A stretch of DNA of 34,539 nucleotides. Source: Flavobacterium sp. Its GTDB lineage: Bacteria > Bacteroidota > Bacteroidia > Flavobacteriales > Flavobacteriaceae. The stretch lies in contig NVUT01000011.1 in the NCBI GenBank assembly GCA_002733185.1, positions 43,939 through 78,477 of the forward strand, written 5' to 3'. Under the pieces are notes generated by a model. The model did not search any database. It was not told the origin of the DNA and saw only the letters and a list, made by a program, of their open reading frames with translations. Position numbers and translations under genes: made by a program. This document shows, in pieces, positions 1 through 9,488 of the stretch; the first letter of the stretch is position 1; every line of letters starts with the position of its first letter.

Positions 1-245
1 GTGCTATCTGTTACAAATACATTCCCTAATAAGAGATATGTTTCTTTCTTATACAACTTAGTATCTTTTGTTATATTACCTGAAAGAATTTGTGTAGGTT
101 CGGGATATATTTTCGCATTCGAATTAAAATCGGTCCAGATATTTAACCAATTTTCATTGCCATATATTCCTTTTTCTTGTTGTGAGTATAAACATAAAAA
201 TGGAAAAAGGAGAAAAAATATAAATTTAGAGTAGTTTTTATTCAT
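1..245 (-). CDS. 5' part of an exported hypothetical protein (runs off the left edge)
   Basis: Manual translation from ATG 245-243: MNKNYSKFIFFLLFPFLCLYSQEKGIYGNENWLNIWTDFNSNAKIYPEPTQILSGNITKDTKLYKKETYLLLGNVFVTDS, open to base 1; Sec signal peptide ending YS|Q (Bacteroidota Q at +1). Not in the ORF track; the + strand 1..234 ORF is its shadow. Confidence 0.8.
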   Translation of the reverse strand, partial: MNKNYSKFIFFLLFPFLCLYSQQEKGIYGNENWLNIWTDFNSNAKIYPEPTQILSGNITKDTKLYKKETYLLLGNVFVTDS

Positions 246-416
246 AAAAAATTATTTATGTTAAGGACTACAATTATAACATTTTATTTGCTTTAATATC
301 CTTTAAAGGCATATATTTTCGATTAAATGTATTTTATTTTAACATTATGAAGGTATTCTGCAGGAGTTAATATTGATATTCAGTGCCTTAAAACTTAATA
401 ATTAAAACATTAGTAT

Positions 417-648
417 CGATAAAAGGATAAAAACCGGTCAAATCTAATCAGGGATGTTCACGATGGCTATCAGCATGTTTTTAACCTATTGTTTCTATAA
501 CAAGCATTAATAAAAAAATTAGTGTCCGATAAAAGATTAAAGACCGCTCCGCTGAAAGACAAAAGATAAAAGACTTGATTTTAACTGTCATATAAACAGT
601 AACTTAAACTATTGTGTTTATATAATAAACAAGCATTAATAAAAAAAT
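417..648. repeat. Degenerate intergenic duplication (two repeat pairs)
   Basis: aacaagcattaataaaaaaat is exact at 499-519 and 628-648; cgataaaaggataaaaaccggtc (417-439) vs cgataaaagattaaagaccgctc (527-549) match 19/23. Confidence 0.6.
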
Positions 649-919
649 AGAAAAGCAAGGTGTCTCTTCTTAATAAAGCTTAAATCTAAACTATATAAAG
701 GTTTTTTAGAAAACGTGAAATTTTAATTTTACACTACTAATAACCATTCAATAAAAAACCAAAGAGTTTTTAATTAGTAATAATGTAATTGCTATTATTT
801 TTGAATAAAATTTGTATCCCTACACTTTGGGGATGGCAGAAATATTAATAATATTTATTAAGTGTTTTGCCCTGTACTATAAAGTAGAAAATTATTGTAT
901 GTTATAAAACCTTGTTTCT

Positions 920-1369
920 TTATTTAAAATCATCATAGGTGTGTAATGCCTTCAAAGTTTCCTCGTAAAACAATATAGCAGCTATCAAGTTATTTTTATC
1001 TGAATAAGGAAGTACAATTTTTTGAAACTCTATAGTATTATCAAAATAGATAGTAGTTGCTTCAATATTATCTTCTAGGGCACTTCGGTTTTTTTTGGTG
1101 TCTGGAATACCTAAAGAACTCATGGTTACACCAGGTTTGGTAGCAAATGCAATATTTGGAAGAATTTTAATAATTACCTCAATACGTCTATTATATAAAA
1201 TAAGAAGTTCACCTTTTTGCATATTTTCAAGCTCATCACGGTCATGATATTTATCGATTGCTACATCTCCCGAAATAATGAATTGTTCTCCTTTTTTTTG
1301 AGCAATAGAAAATGTAGTAATTAATAATAGTGCAATTGTAAGTAAGCTTATTTTTGAATTTAAAGTCAT
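920..1369 (-). CDS. Exported hypothetical protein
   Basis: 149-aa ORF with a signal peptide ending SIA|Q; no recognisable domain. Confidence 0.8.
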   Translation of the reverse strand: MTLNSKISLLTIALLLITTFSIAQKKGEQFIISGDVAIDKYHDRDELENMQKGELLILYNRRIEVIIKILPNIAFATKPGVTMSSLGIPDTKKNRSALEDNIEATTIYFDNTIEFQKIVLPYSDKNNLIAAILFYEETLKALHTYDDFK

Positions 1370-1504
1370 AATAACAAGATTATAGGTTTGAAGTCAGTAT
1401 TTTTTAGAGGTCAATTTTACAATTAAATCTGATTAAATGCAAATTTCACCGTCTATATTACTGTTATTTGATTTATGATACTCCAATTAAATTAGAGTAA
1501 AAAC

Positions 1505-1534
1505 AAAAAATCCAACCTAAATAAATAGATTGGA
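1505..1534 (-). terminator. Putative intrinsic terminator
   Basis: tccaaccta...tagattgga stem (one mismatch on +, G-U compatible on minus) next to an A-run that reads as a U-tract on minus. Confidence 0.45.
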
Positions 1535-1541
1535 CGTATTC

Positions 1542-1570
1542 TGCTCCCCCTATTAGTTCATTATCGAACC
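1542..1570. other. Putative hybrid att junction (tRNA 3'-end remnant)
   Basis: TGCTCCCCCT...TCGAACC resembles the reverse complement of a tRNA acceptor end and T-loop (recalled Bacteroidota tRNA-Asn), but with a 12-bp non-tRNA spacer; it lies at the core/accessory boundary. Confidence 0.45.
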
Positions 1571-1625
1571 GTATTCCATTGATATTTAAAACATTAAATC
1601 AATAAGGGAGTACATAAAAGCATCT

Positions 1626-1955
1626 TTAATCTAACTCAATCACTTCTGCAATTGGTGCATTTTTATTAACAGAAGCGATTCCATTTTCCATTCCACTATT
1701 AGAGTTATACATTTCACTTGTTCCGATAACTTGCCCATTAGTAGCCTTTAAATTAAAATATGGTTTTCCGTTTTTTGCTACTAATCGTTCAAACTTACTG
1801 TCATCTTGTGAGTTTTTCCTAACAGATTCTATTCCATTAAGGCAGCTTGTCTTGGCTTTATAACCTTCACTAACCAGTATGGTTTGTCCGTTACCTGCTT
1901 TTAGATTGAATCTAAACTCTCCTCTTTTGTCTTTTTTAATTTCAAATTTTGCCAT
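1626..1955 (-). CDS. yegP: YegP/UPF0339 (DUF1508) family protein
   Basis: Tandem repeats FRFNLKAGNGQTILVSEGY...NGIESV and YFNLKATNGQVIGTSEMY...NGIASV. Confidence 0.9.
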   Translation of the reverse strand: MAKFEIKKDKRGEFRFNLKAGNGQTILVSEGYKAKTSCLNGIESVRKNSQDDSKFERLVAKNGKPYFNLKATNGQVIGTSEMYNSNSGMENGIASVNKNAPIAEVIELD

Positions 1956-2304
1956 GTCTATTTTTTTGTTTAACTATTTTCTGAGATAAATATACATTAA
2001 ATACTCAAATAAATTTCAATATTTATTTATCAAAATATTGAGTTTTCTAAATCATTCATTCAATGCTTGAAAAAAAATTTAGCCTATTTTCAACCATCTA
2101 TTACTTGTATTTTTAATAGTTTCTAAGAAAATACTATATTCGCAATCGCTAATTAACACTAAATAATCTTTTTAATTAGTTTTTTATAACTCCCCCTCTT
2201 TATTACAGCACAACAAATCTTGTTGCGGTTGAATTTGTTATTACCCTAAAACAATATTTTTCTTTTTACAAGATAGTATTAATGTAAATTTTCTTTATCC
2301 CCAA

Positions 2305-3054
2305 ATGGAAAGCTATAATAAGCTATTGAGTATTTTGACTAGTCAAAATACTCAAAAAAATAATAAACCTACCAACCAAAATTTTAAAAAACTTTTATGT
2401 ACTAGTGATATTTTTGATGTATTAGTTTGGAGCTACTACTTTAATAAAGGTGATTTTAATCTAATAAGTTCTGACTTTGGATATACAAATGTACCTTCTT
2501 GTGATTTTAAAAAATTTATAGAATTAATTAAACCCTGTTTCCAAGATTATATTTTAAAATATTTCACCACCTTTCTGTTATTTATTTTAGATAAAAAGAA
2601 TAATACCTCCAATAATAATTATCGCATTCAAGGTTTTGTTCCTGTTGAATTAAAACGAGGATCGTTTTATTACACCAACATCTGCATACTCCCAATAGTA
2701 GATATTGACTTAGTTGGTTTTCACTTTACTTTTACTCCCTTAAAACCTTGTCATAACGAACCCATATTCTTGGAAGTATTGCACGGTAGAAAAAAAGACC
2801 ATCAATTCACCAATCAAATTAAAAGTAGGGTTCTTGTTGAAAATATTTTTACTGAAAAACAAGCTGATGTATTCGATTTGATATTATTAGGTTACTCCTC
2901 CACTAAAATTGCAGAGCTACTAAACAAAAAGAAAGAAAATGTATTTCGTTATAATATTAGAATCAACGAAAAACTCACCTCTTTTTTTAATATCGATTTT
3001 GAAAATGTAACCGAAGCAGTTAATTATTATAAAAACTGTTTTATTATAAATTGA
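2305..3054 (+). CDS. Transcriptional regulator with C-terminal LuxR/GerE-type HTH
   Basis: C-terminal FTEKQADVFDLILLGYSSTKIAELL pattern; unassigned N-terminal domain. Confidence 0.65.
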   Translation: MESYNKLLSILTSQNTQKNNKPTNQNFKKLLCTSDIFDVLVWSYYFNKGDFNLISSDFGYTNVPSCDFKKFIELIKPCFQDYILKYFTTFLLFILDKKNNTSNNNYRIQGFVPVELKRGSFYYTNICILPIVDIDLVGFHFTFTPLKPCHNEPIFLEVLHGRKKDHQFTNQIKSRVLVENIFTEKQADVFDLILLGYSSTKIAELLNKKKENVFRYNIRINEKLTSFFNIDFENVTEAVNYYKNCFIIN

Positions 3055-3059
3055 AGCTA

Positions 3060-3578
3060 TTATTTAGAGATTAAACTCTCCAATAAAACAAAACAAAATA
3101 GCTCGTCTTTTCGTTTTCGATAATCTCGTTTCTTTTCAAAATTCACATGAACAATCTTACCAAAATTGTAATATTGTTCTAATTGATAAATTACCTCAAG
3201 TAAGTTTTTAAAATCCCCTTTAAGGGTAAATTGAAAAGAGGTAGTGGTTATATTTTCTTTGCTGATTATATGAGGTTCTACAAAATTACTTATAGTAAAT
3301 CCTTTTTCAAGAGATTGTTTGTTTAGTAATTCCAATAAATTATTTTGAATGGAGGTGTTTTTTATATTATTCTTTTTTAAAATAGAGTCCACAAATTTTT
3401 CTCGCTCGTTTATAGTTGCTGAAAGGCGTGCCATATTTTCAAATGAAATACTTTGTTTTTCCAAAGTAGCTAACTCACTTCTAATCTCAAAAGTTTTTGA
3501 AAATGCCAATTGGTAAGCAATAAGTATTGCCAAGAAAAAACCAAGGAAAAGAAGTTTGTTTTTATTGCTTTGTTTCAT
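3060..3578 (-). CDS. GspM/PilO-like inner-membrane assembly protein
   Basis: N-terminal TM, coiled coil, then FQFTLKGDFKNLLEVIYQLE typical of PilO/GspM; operon context. Confidence 0.7.
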   Translation of the reverse strand: MKQSNKNKLLFLGFFLAILIAYQLAFSKTFEIRSELATLEKQSISFENMARLSATINEREKFVDSILKKNNIKNTSIQNNLLELLNKQSLEKGFTISNFVEPHIISKENITTTSFQFTLKGDFKNLLEVIYQLEQYYNFGKIVHVNFEKKRDYRKRKDELFCFVLLESLISK

Positions 3579-4773
3579 TCTTGCTAAGGGTTATACTAAT
3601 TTCAAAATTGGCTAGATTGGTTTTAGAAGCCGCATAATTTGTTACAGAAACCTCACTAGTCCAATCCAATATTTCCAAGGCTTCTATCCAAGAAGAAAAT
3701 GCTGCTTGATCGTTACTTTTTCCGTTAATAATGATCTTGTTTTTATTAAAATCTATAGATTTGTCTGGACGAATTGCTTTTTTGAGTGGTTGATAAACAA
3801 TACTATTAAATAGGATGGAATTGGGTTTATAAGCAACGACTCTATTGATATAAAAAGATGTTTTTGAACTTCCGCTAGTTAATATATTATTTACAACTTG
3901 TTCTTTTTTTTCTAATGACGCTGATTTAGTAAGATAATTTTCTTGCTGATTTTTTAAAAGTTGAACTTCTTCTTGTTTTACTTGCAAACGATTGAAGTTG
4001 GAATTAAAAACAAAAAAGTTAATTAGCAATAACAATAGTAATATGCCAACAGCAAAAAATACTCCTTTTCTAAAAAAGGTTTTTTGTTTTTGAAGTGTTT
4101 TAGATGTATTATTTTCTTCCTCAAAGTTAGAATTTGAACCTCTATTTGTAACGTAATTGAATATCCCTGAAAGGGCAATCAAATAATTAGAAGCAACAGC
4201 ACTATCATCAATTTGATAATGACTACTTAGTTGCTCCTTATTTTGAGAAAAAGAATTTAGCTGATTTTCAATACAACTTAAATCATAACTTGCAGAATAT
4301 ATCCTTTCTTGTTTTAACAAGGGAATAAGATTTATAATTGCCGAAAAACCAAGTTGAAAACCAATAACATCAATTTTATGTTTTTCTAGTTCTTTTAAAA
4401 TTAAATGTACCTCCTCTTTTCTACAAACCGCAACAAAACAATTGGTTTTAGTAAAAATTACTTCATAATAAAACTCTGTAAGGGAGAGCCCAGGGAATGC
4501 CATCGAAACAGCCTTTTGTTTATCTTGAACGAATCCGATTTCTTTAATAAGCACTTTATTGGTAGTGATACTAACAAAACAATGTTGGTTATTTACAATT
4601 TTATCTGATAGATTAGAAGTTTCTGAAAATTCATTATAAATGAAATCAATAAACTCTTCTTTCTTTTTCTTAGCGGTAACAGCAAACCGTTTTTGCTTTC
4701 CTTCACAGGTTGTGACTTCTATACCACAATAGATTTGACCATAATTCCAATATGTTTTGATGTTTGAAATCAT
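3562..4773 (-). CDS. GspL / PilM-PilN-like protein
   Basis: Cytoplasmic N-domain (YCGIEV), one TM at ~aa 237-256, coiled coil, PilN-like IIINGKS...SSWIEALE; between secretin and PilO-like genes. Confidence 0.7.
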   Translation of the reverse strand: MISNIKTYWNYGQIYCGIEVTTCEGKQKRFAVTAKKKKEEFIDFIYNEFSETSNLSDKIVNNQHCFVSITTNKVLIKEIGFVQDKQKAVSMAFPGLSLTEFYYEVIFTKTNCFVAVCRKEEVHLILKELEKHKIDVIGFQLGFSAIINLIPLLKQERIYSASYDLSCIENQLNSFSQNKEQLSSHYQIDDSAVASNYLIALSGIFNYVTNRGSNSNFEEENNTSKTLQKQKTFFRKGVFFAVGILLLLLLINFFVFNSNFNRLQVKQEEVQLLKNQQENYLTKSASLEKKEQVVNNILTSGSSKTSFYINRVVAYKPNSILFNSIVYQPLKKAIRPDKSIDFNKNKIIINGKSNDQAAFSSWIEALEILDWTSEVSVTNYAASKTNLANFEISITLSKNETKQ

Positions 4774-6893
4774 TAATAAATGATGGTTGGTTTAATAAGG
4801 ATATTCAGGTTTTTCTTGGAATCCTCTCTTCTTCTTGAGCCAAAAATCCATTTTAATACAGGTACTCTTGAAAGTAAAGGCAGTCCAGTACCTGAATCGT
4901 CTTTTCTTACCTCTTCAATTCCGCCTAAAATGGCAACATCTTGATCTCGCATTCTTATAATGGAAGAAAACTCTCGACTATTAATACCTGGAGGGGCATC
5001 CTCTGCTATTCGTTCTCCATTAAAGGCAGATTGTATTACTTGAATATCCAAAGTAATTTCGCCATTACCAGAGACAAAAGGAAGTATCTCTATGGCAAGT
5101 TCAGCATCAATGGGGACATAGTTAGTGATTTCAGAATTTACGGGAGTTTGAGTACCAAAAAAGTTTTGAGTTGTTACTGCATAATAAGTAGTCTGCCCAC
5201 TAGATAGGGTTGCTTTATGACCGTTTAAAGTACTTAGTTTTGGAGTAGATAAAACCTTAATAGTTCCATTGGACTCCATTGCTTTTATATCTAAATAAAA
5301 CTCTGGAAGTACTGAGCCAAGATTTAAAGCTCCAAAACCTGAAAAACTACCTATAACTTTATTGATGGTTTCAGAACCAAGACGAATATTAGTAGAAGGG
5401 AATACCTCTCCAATTGTTTGTGTGGGTTCTTCCCCCAAACCAAATTTAATTCCTGTTTCAATGATAGCAGAACGGTTCACTTCCAAAATCATTACTTCAA
5501 TTAATATAACAGGAACAGGTTTATCAATAAAAGTTACAAATTTTTTAAATCGTTCTACTTTTGCTCCAGAACCACTAACAATAAAACTGTTGAGTTCAAA
5601 GTCTATCTTAATATCCAATCCGTCCTTAATATCATCAGGAATAATATCTTCAATAGAAATAGAATTATTTGAATTGGAAGAACTATTAGTAGTTGAAGTT
5701 GAATTTCTGTTGGTATTATTTCTGTTGTTCTGATTTTGGTTTGCACCATTAATATAATTAACAGGGTTGGTATTAAAACTTGTTGTTCTACCAGCTTTTC
5801 GTTGTCCTGCTCCTGAAGGATCGGATAGTAATTTTATCGATCTATACATCATGGGAATTACTTCTACTTGTTTTAAAGAAAGTTGGTTTTCGGTACCGAA
5901 ATAATAAATATTCCCTTCCTTCTTATAAGTGAATTTTGCAATGCTTTCTTTAGAATTAGTTGAAGCACTTCCTTGGTTATTTCCAGTACTTTCAAATATT
6001 TTATCAAGTAGTAGGTCAAAGGAAATATTTTCTGCCGTCACGGTAGCAGTACCAGCATCGTCTAGTGGAGATGCTGTGAAAATATCCAAATCTAAATCTT
6101 CACCAATGGTATAGATGATATCTGAAATAGGAGTGTTTTTAAAATCGACTGTTACTCGTCTGTTCAAGGTATCAAGAACACGATAATAAAAAGAAGCTCT
6201 TTTTTTACGTACAGGTCTTTTCTTATTTGTTTCGTCAATTGCAAGGTCTTCAAAAGCAGAAGAAAATACATAAAAACCATCATTGGATTTTGTGAGTTCT
6301 AAGTTATTGGACTCTGCTAATTTTTCCAAAGCAATATCAAAAGGAGTGTCTTTGATGTAGATAGAAAGTAAATGAGATTCTAAATCTGGAGCGTACAATA
6401 AATTTTTCCCAGAAACATCCATGATTTTTCTAAAAACCCTGTCAAGCTTGTCTTTTTTTAAATCTAAACTAAGAAGATTACTTGGTGGTAAATAAATAAC
6501 ATTGATTTTTTTTTCTTTATCTTCTAAAACGGGTGGGGTATATTTTTTAATCGATAAGATATTCCCTGTAAACTCAATATCTAAGTTGTATTCTTTTACT
6601 AAAAACATAAGGATATCTTCCACAGAAACATTTGAAAAATTATTAACTATTGAAATTGAGTTCAACTCTGGAGACACATTTATATTTAAACTATGTACCT
6701 TAGATATTGCCAATAAAAAATTAGGCAGGGTGGTTTGAGTAATATTAATATTGATAATTTCTTCAAGTCCTGGAGTACTCACTTTTAAAAGCTCCAACTC
6801 ATTTTTTAGACTTAAGACTCTACTAGTGTCTTGAGAAAAACCTTTTCCAAGAAATAATAAAAGTAGTAGTATGGTAATAATTGTTTTTTTCAT
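4773..6893 (-). CDS. gspD: Secretin (GspD/PilQ family)
   Basis: Signal peptide, repeated N-domains, PVILIEVMILEV, KVLSTPKLSTLNGHKA, GLPLLSRVPVLKWIFG, LNILIKPTII. Confidence 0.92.
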   Translation of the reverse strand: MKKTIITILLLLLFLGKGFSQDTSRVLSLKNELELLKVSTPGLEEIININITQTTLPNFLLAISKVHSLNINVSPELNSISIVNNFSNVSVEDILMFLVKEYNLDIEFTGNILSIKKYTPPVLEDKEKKINVIYLPPSNLLSLDLKKDKLDRVFRKIMDVSGKNLLYAPDLESHLLSIYIKDTPFDIALEKLAESNNLELTKSNDGFYVFSSAFEDLAIDETNKKRPVRKKRASFYYRVLDTLNRRVTVDFKNTPISDIIYTIGEDLDLDIFTASPLDDAGTATVTAENISFDLLLDKIFESTGNNQGSASTNSKESIAKFTYKKEGNIYYFGTENQLSLKQVEVIPMMYRSIKLLSDPSGAGQRKAGRTTSFNTNPVNYINGANQNQNNRNNTNRNSTSTTNSSSNSNNSISIEDIIPDDIKDGLDIKIDFELNSFIVSGSGAKVERFKKFVTFIDKPVPVILIEVMILEVNRSAIIETGIKFGLGEEPTQTIGEVFPSTNIRLGSETINKVIGSFSGFGALNLGSVLPEFYLDIKAMESNGTIKVLSTPKLSTLNGHKATLSSGQTTYYAVTTQNFFGTQTPVNSEITNYVPIDAELAIEILPFVSGNGEITLDIQVIQSAFNGERIAEDAPPGINSREFSSIIRMRDQDVAILGGIEEVRKDDSGTGLPLLSRVPVLKWIFGSRRREDSKKNLNILIKPTIIY

Positions 6894-6901
6894 AAAGCCT
6901 A

Positions 6902-8302
6902 TTAATTGGCAAGTAAGGAATACACCTCGTCAATTGAAGTTTCTCCAGAGAGAATCATAGCAAGGGCATTGTCTTTTAAAGTGTTAAGTTTTTGTTTTTC
7001 TAGGTACTGATCAATTTGTAAATCATTATGTTTAATGGCGGTTTCTAACTCTTTGTTAATGGGAATAATTTCATAAAGTGCTTTTCTTCCATCGTAACCC
7101 GTAAAGTAACAGGTATTGCAACCCACAGGGATAAAATGTGTTTTTATTTCCTTTGCTTGATTAAAAGATTCAGGAAATAATTCTGAGTTAGCCTCTTCCT
7201 GTTTTTTACAAGCATTGCATAGTTTTCTGACCAAACGTTGCGCTACACTTAAATTTAAGGTGGTTGCTATTAAATAAGGAGGTACATCCATATCTATTAA
7301 TCTTGAAATAGTTGCCCAAGCGGAGTTGGTATGGATAGTAGAAAGCACTAAATGCCCTGTAAGAGCAGCTTTTATAGCCATATTGGCTGTTTTTTCATCC
7401 CGTATTTCACCCACCATGATAATATCGGGATCTTGTCGAAGAAATGTTCTTAGTGCTGTGGGAAAATCAAACCCGATATCTTCTTTGAGTTGCACTTGAT
7501 TAATCCCATTAAGGGTATATTCAATAGGATCTTCTATGGTTAGTATATTGGTTTCTTCTTTATTAAGCATTTTTAGAGTGCCATACAACGTAGTGGTTTT
7601 ACCCGATCCTGTTGGTCCAGAAATAAGTACAATTCCGTTGGGTCTGCGAACTCCTTCTAAATAGAGTTTTAACTCTTTTTCATTAAAGCCTAATTGTTTT
7701 AAATCTACTGCTTCTGCATCTCGTTTTAAGATACGAAGCACTATTTTTTCGCCGTAAAGTGTAGGCATTGTGGAAACTCGAATATCAAAATCGTCTAAAG
7801 CAGATTTTACCGTAATTCGACCGTCTTGTGAGAGGCGTTTCTGAGAAATATCCAATCCTGCTTGAATTTTTATTTGATTGATAAGTTGTGGGTATTCTAA
7901 AAGTGGAATATGATATTGCTCTTTTAGTTTTCCATCCAATCGAAACCGAACTCGGCAATTATCCTCATAGGGTTCTAAATGAATGTCACTACTATTAAAA
8001 CCTTTGGCAGTTTGCAGGAGTTGTTGTAGGAAATTGGTTTGTGATAGCTCTTTGGTCTCATCGGTGGTAGTTCTGTAGTTATAAGTAAGGTAACATTGAA
8101 TATTTTCTTCACTATCAGAGATCAATTTTGTTTTAAAATTTAGCAAAATATCAAGTTCCGATTCCAATGCACTTAGGTTGGTGTTATCGGTTTTTAAAAC
8201 AATGGTATCACCACTTTCTTTAACAGGTATAATACGATAATGAAAAGCCTGATTGGAGCTAATTAGTTGTTTGAGTACTATAGGGATTTCAAATTCTTTC
8301 AT
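6902..8302 (-). CDS. gspE: GspE/PilB family assembly ATPase
   Basis: SDIHLEP, Walker A GPTGSGKTTT, TIEDPIE, LRQDPDIIMVGEIRD, TGHLVLSTIH, CxxC...CxxC zinc motif. Confidence 0.96.
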   Translation of the reverse strand: MKEFEIPIVLKQLISSNQAFHYRIIPVKESGDTIVLKTDNTNLSALESELDILLNFKTKLISDSEENIQCYLTYNYRTTTDETKELSQTNFLQQLLQTAKGFNSSDIHLEPYEDNCRVRFRLDGKLKEQYHIPLLEYPQLINQIKIQAGLDISQKRLSQDGRITVKSALDDFDIRVSTMPTLYGEKIVLRILKRDAEAVDLKQLGFNEKELKLYLEGVRRPNGIVLISGPTGSGKTTTLYGTLKMLNKEETNILTIEDPIEYTLNGINQVQLKEDIGFDFPTALRTFLRQDPDIIMVGEIRDEKTANMAIKAALTGHLVLSTIHTNSAWATISRLIDMDVPPYLIATTLNLSVAQRLVRKLCNACKKQEEANSELFPESFNQAKEIKTHFIPVGCNTCYFTGYDGRKALYEIIPINKELETAIKHNDLQIDQYLEKQKLNTLKDNALAMILSGETSIDEVYSLLAN

Positions 8303-8303
8303 A

Positions 8304-8807
8304 TTACATTAAATACAAATTATTAAATAACCCTGTCCAATGAGCCGAGTAAACACCTATTAAAAAAAAAGCCATCAATCCTGCAAGTGGTACCCTACTA
8401 TGTTTTTGGGATCTATTTCCTTTCCTTTTTGAAATTAGCAATACTAATTGATGAACCAAAAATGAAAAAATCAATGAAAAAATAAAGAAATTTAAAAAGG
8501 CTAAGGTTGGGAAAGACAAGGCAAAGGCTATAAAAAACAAAAGATCTCCAATCCCAAGAGCTTCTTTAAACAGGATTTTTTTAAAGATAAATTTGGCAAC
8601 TAAAAAATTGACTAACATTAAAACTCCAACGATTGCCAAATTAATTAAGATGGTCACTAAAAAAACATCACTATTACTTTGCCAGAAATACAATAGACCT
8701 CCAAGTATAGCAAAGCTTGGTAATAAAAATACCCATACCATTCTCTCCTTTATATCCTGAAAGAAAATGATGCTTAATGTTAGTATTAATAATAGTTTAA
8801 TTATCAT
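8304..8807 (-). CDS. Prepilin peptidase, A24 family (short form)
   Basis: Polytopic membrane protein with QDIKER first Asp, LGIGDLLF GxGD motif and C-terminal RVPLAG; follows the pilin gene. Confidence 0.8.
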   Translation of the reverse strand: MIIKLLLILTLSIIFFQDIKERMVWVFLLPSFAILGGLLYFWQSNSDVFLVTILINLAIVGVLMLVNFLVAKFIFKKILFKEALGIGDLLFFIAFALSFPTLAFLNFFIFSLIFSFLVHQLVLLISKRKGNRSQKHSRVPLAGLMAFFLIGVYSAHWTGLFNNLYLM

Positions 8808-8875
8808 ATTTATTAAATTCTAAAAGCAATAGGCTTTAAGCTTTATGCTAATTTGCCATAAAAATTAATCTTCAT

Positions 8876-8917
8876 CAATCCCCAATCCCCAATCAACAAT
8901 CGTCAATCTTAAATCGT
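8876..8917. repeat. Heptamer tandem repeat, 6 degenerate copies
   Basis: caatccc caatccc caatcaa caatcgt caatctt aaatcgt. Confidence 0.75.
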
Positions 8918-9321
8918 TAATCCTTGATAGTCTCCTTAGGATTTCCATTTTCATCAATCATCCATACATTAAAAACCCCATCCCCGTCAAAATCTACAAT
9001 AGCTTCAGCTCTTACTTTAAAATTGCCCCCATTTGCTTCTACTATTTCATAACGATAATTAGCCGTTCCTCCTTCATTCACCGTTTTGGGAGCTTCAAAA
9101 TCTATTTCATTAAAATCATGTGAATATTTAGAGTTGATGTAACGGTACTGAGTTTGTAAATTAGAGATGTATTTTAGTTGAATTTTTGCCTCTTGCGCCT
9201 TTGTTTTGGAAATAAGTGGCATAAATGTAGGCAAAGCCAATAATAATAGGATACCAATAATCGCCATTACCATTAGCATTTCATTTAGGGTAAAGGCTTG
9301 TAAACGCTGGAGTTTTCTCAC
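8917..9321 (-). CDS. Major (pseudo)pilin, GspG/PilA-like
   Basis: GTG start; class III signal QA|FTLNEMLMVMAIIGILLLLALP with E5. Confidence 0.88.
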   Translation of the reverse strand: MRKLQRLQAFTLNEMLMVMAIIGILLLLALPTFMPLISKTKAQEAKIQLKYISNLQTQYRYINSKYSHDFNEIDFEAPKTVNEGGTANYRYEIVEANGGNFKVRAEAIVDFDGDGVFNVWMIDENGNPKETIKD

Positions 9322-9396
9322 TTTAATTTAGGGGTTTTAATTTAAAAAATAGTTGGTGCTTATTTTAAATTTCAAACATAATTACATTTTTTTTTC

Positions 9397-9450
9397 CAAA
9401 ACGTTGTAGGGTACTATGTTTTGATAAAAAATGTTGGGCTAATATTGCTT
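9397..9450 (+). promoter_or_regulatory. Palindromic 5' element, copy 1
   Basis: caaaacgttgta-ggg-tactatgttttg followed by ataaaaaatgttgggctaatattgctt; 48/54 identical to 18895-18948; TAATATTG resembles the Bacteroidota -7 box (TAnnTTTG). Confidence 0.8.
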
Positions 9451-9488
9451 TTTTAAAAGCACATCAACAAGATTTTAAATAATTTATT

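Noticed and set aside
1-234. + strand 77-aa ORF
   Set aside because: Antisense shadow of a better minus-strand gene starting at 245 with a signal peptide.
807-830. Possible third copy of the palindromic element (reverse complement tgtagggatacaa)
   Set aside because: Only the core resembles it, needs an insertion, and the CAAAACGT arms and downstream box are missing.
1542-1570. Intact tRNA gene
   Set aside because: Only about 10 bp of acceptor-like sequence and a TCGAACC motif; no cloverleaf can be built.
4405-6738. Short + strand ORFs (4405, 4941, 5362, 5929, 6502)
   Set aside because: Antisense to well-supported GspL-like and secretin genes; no motifs.
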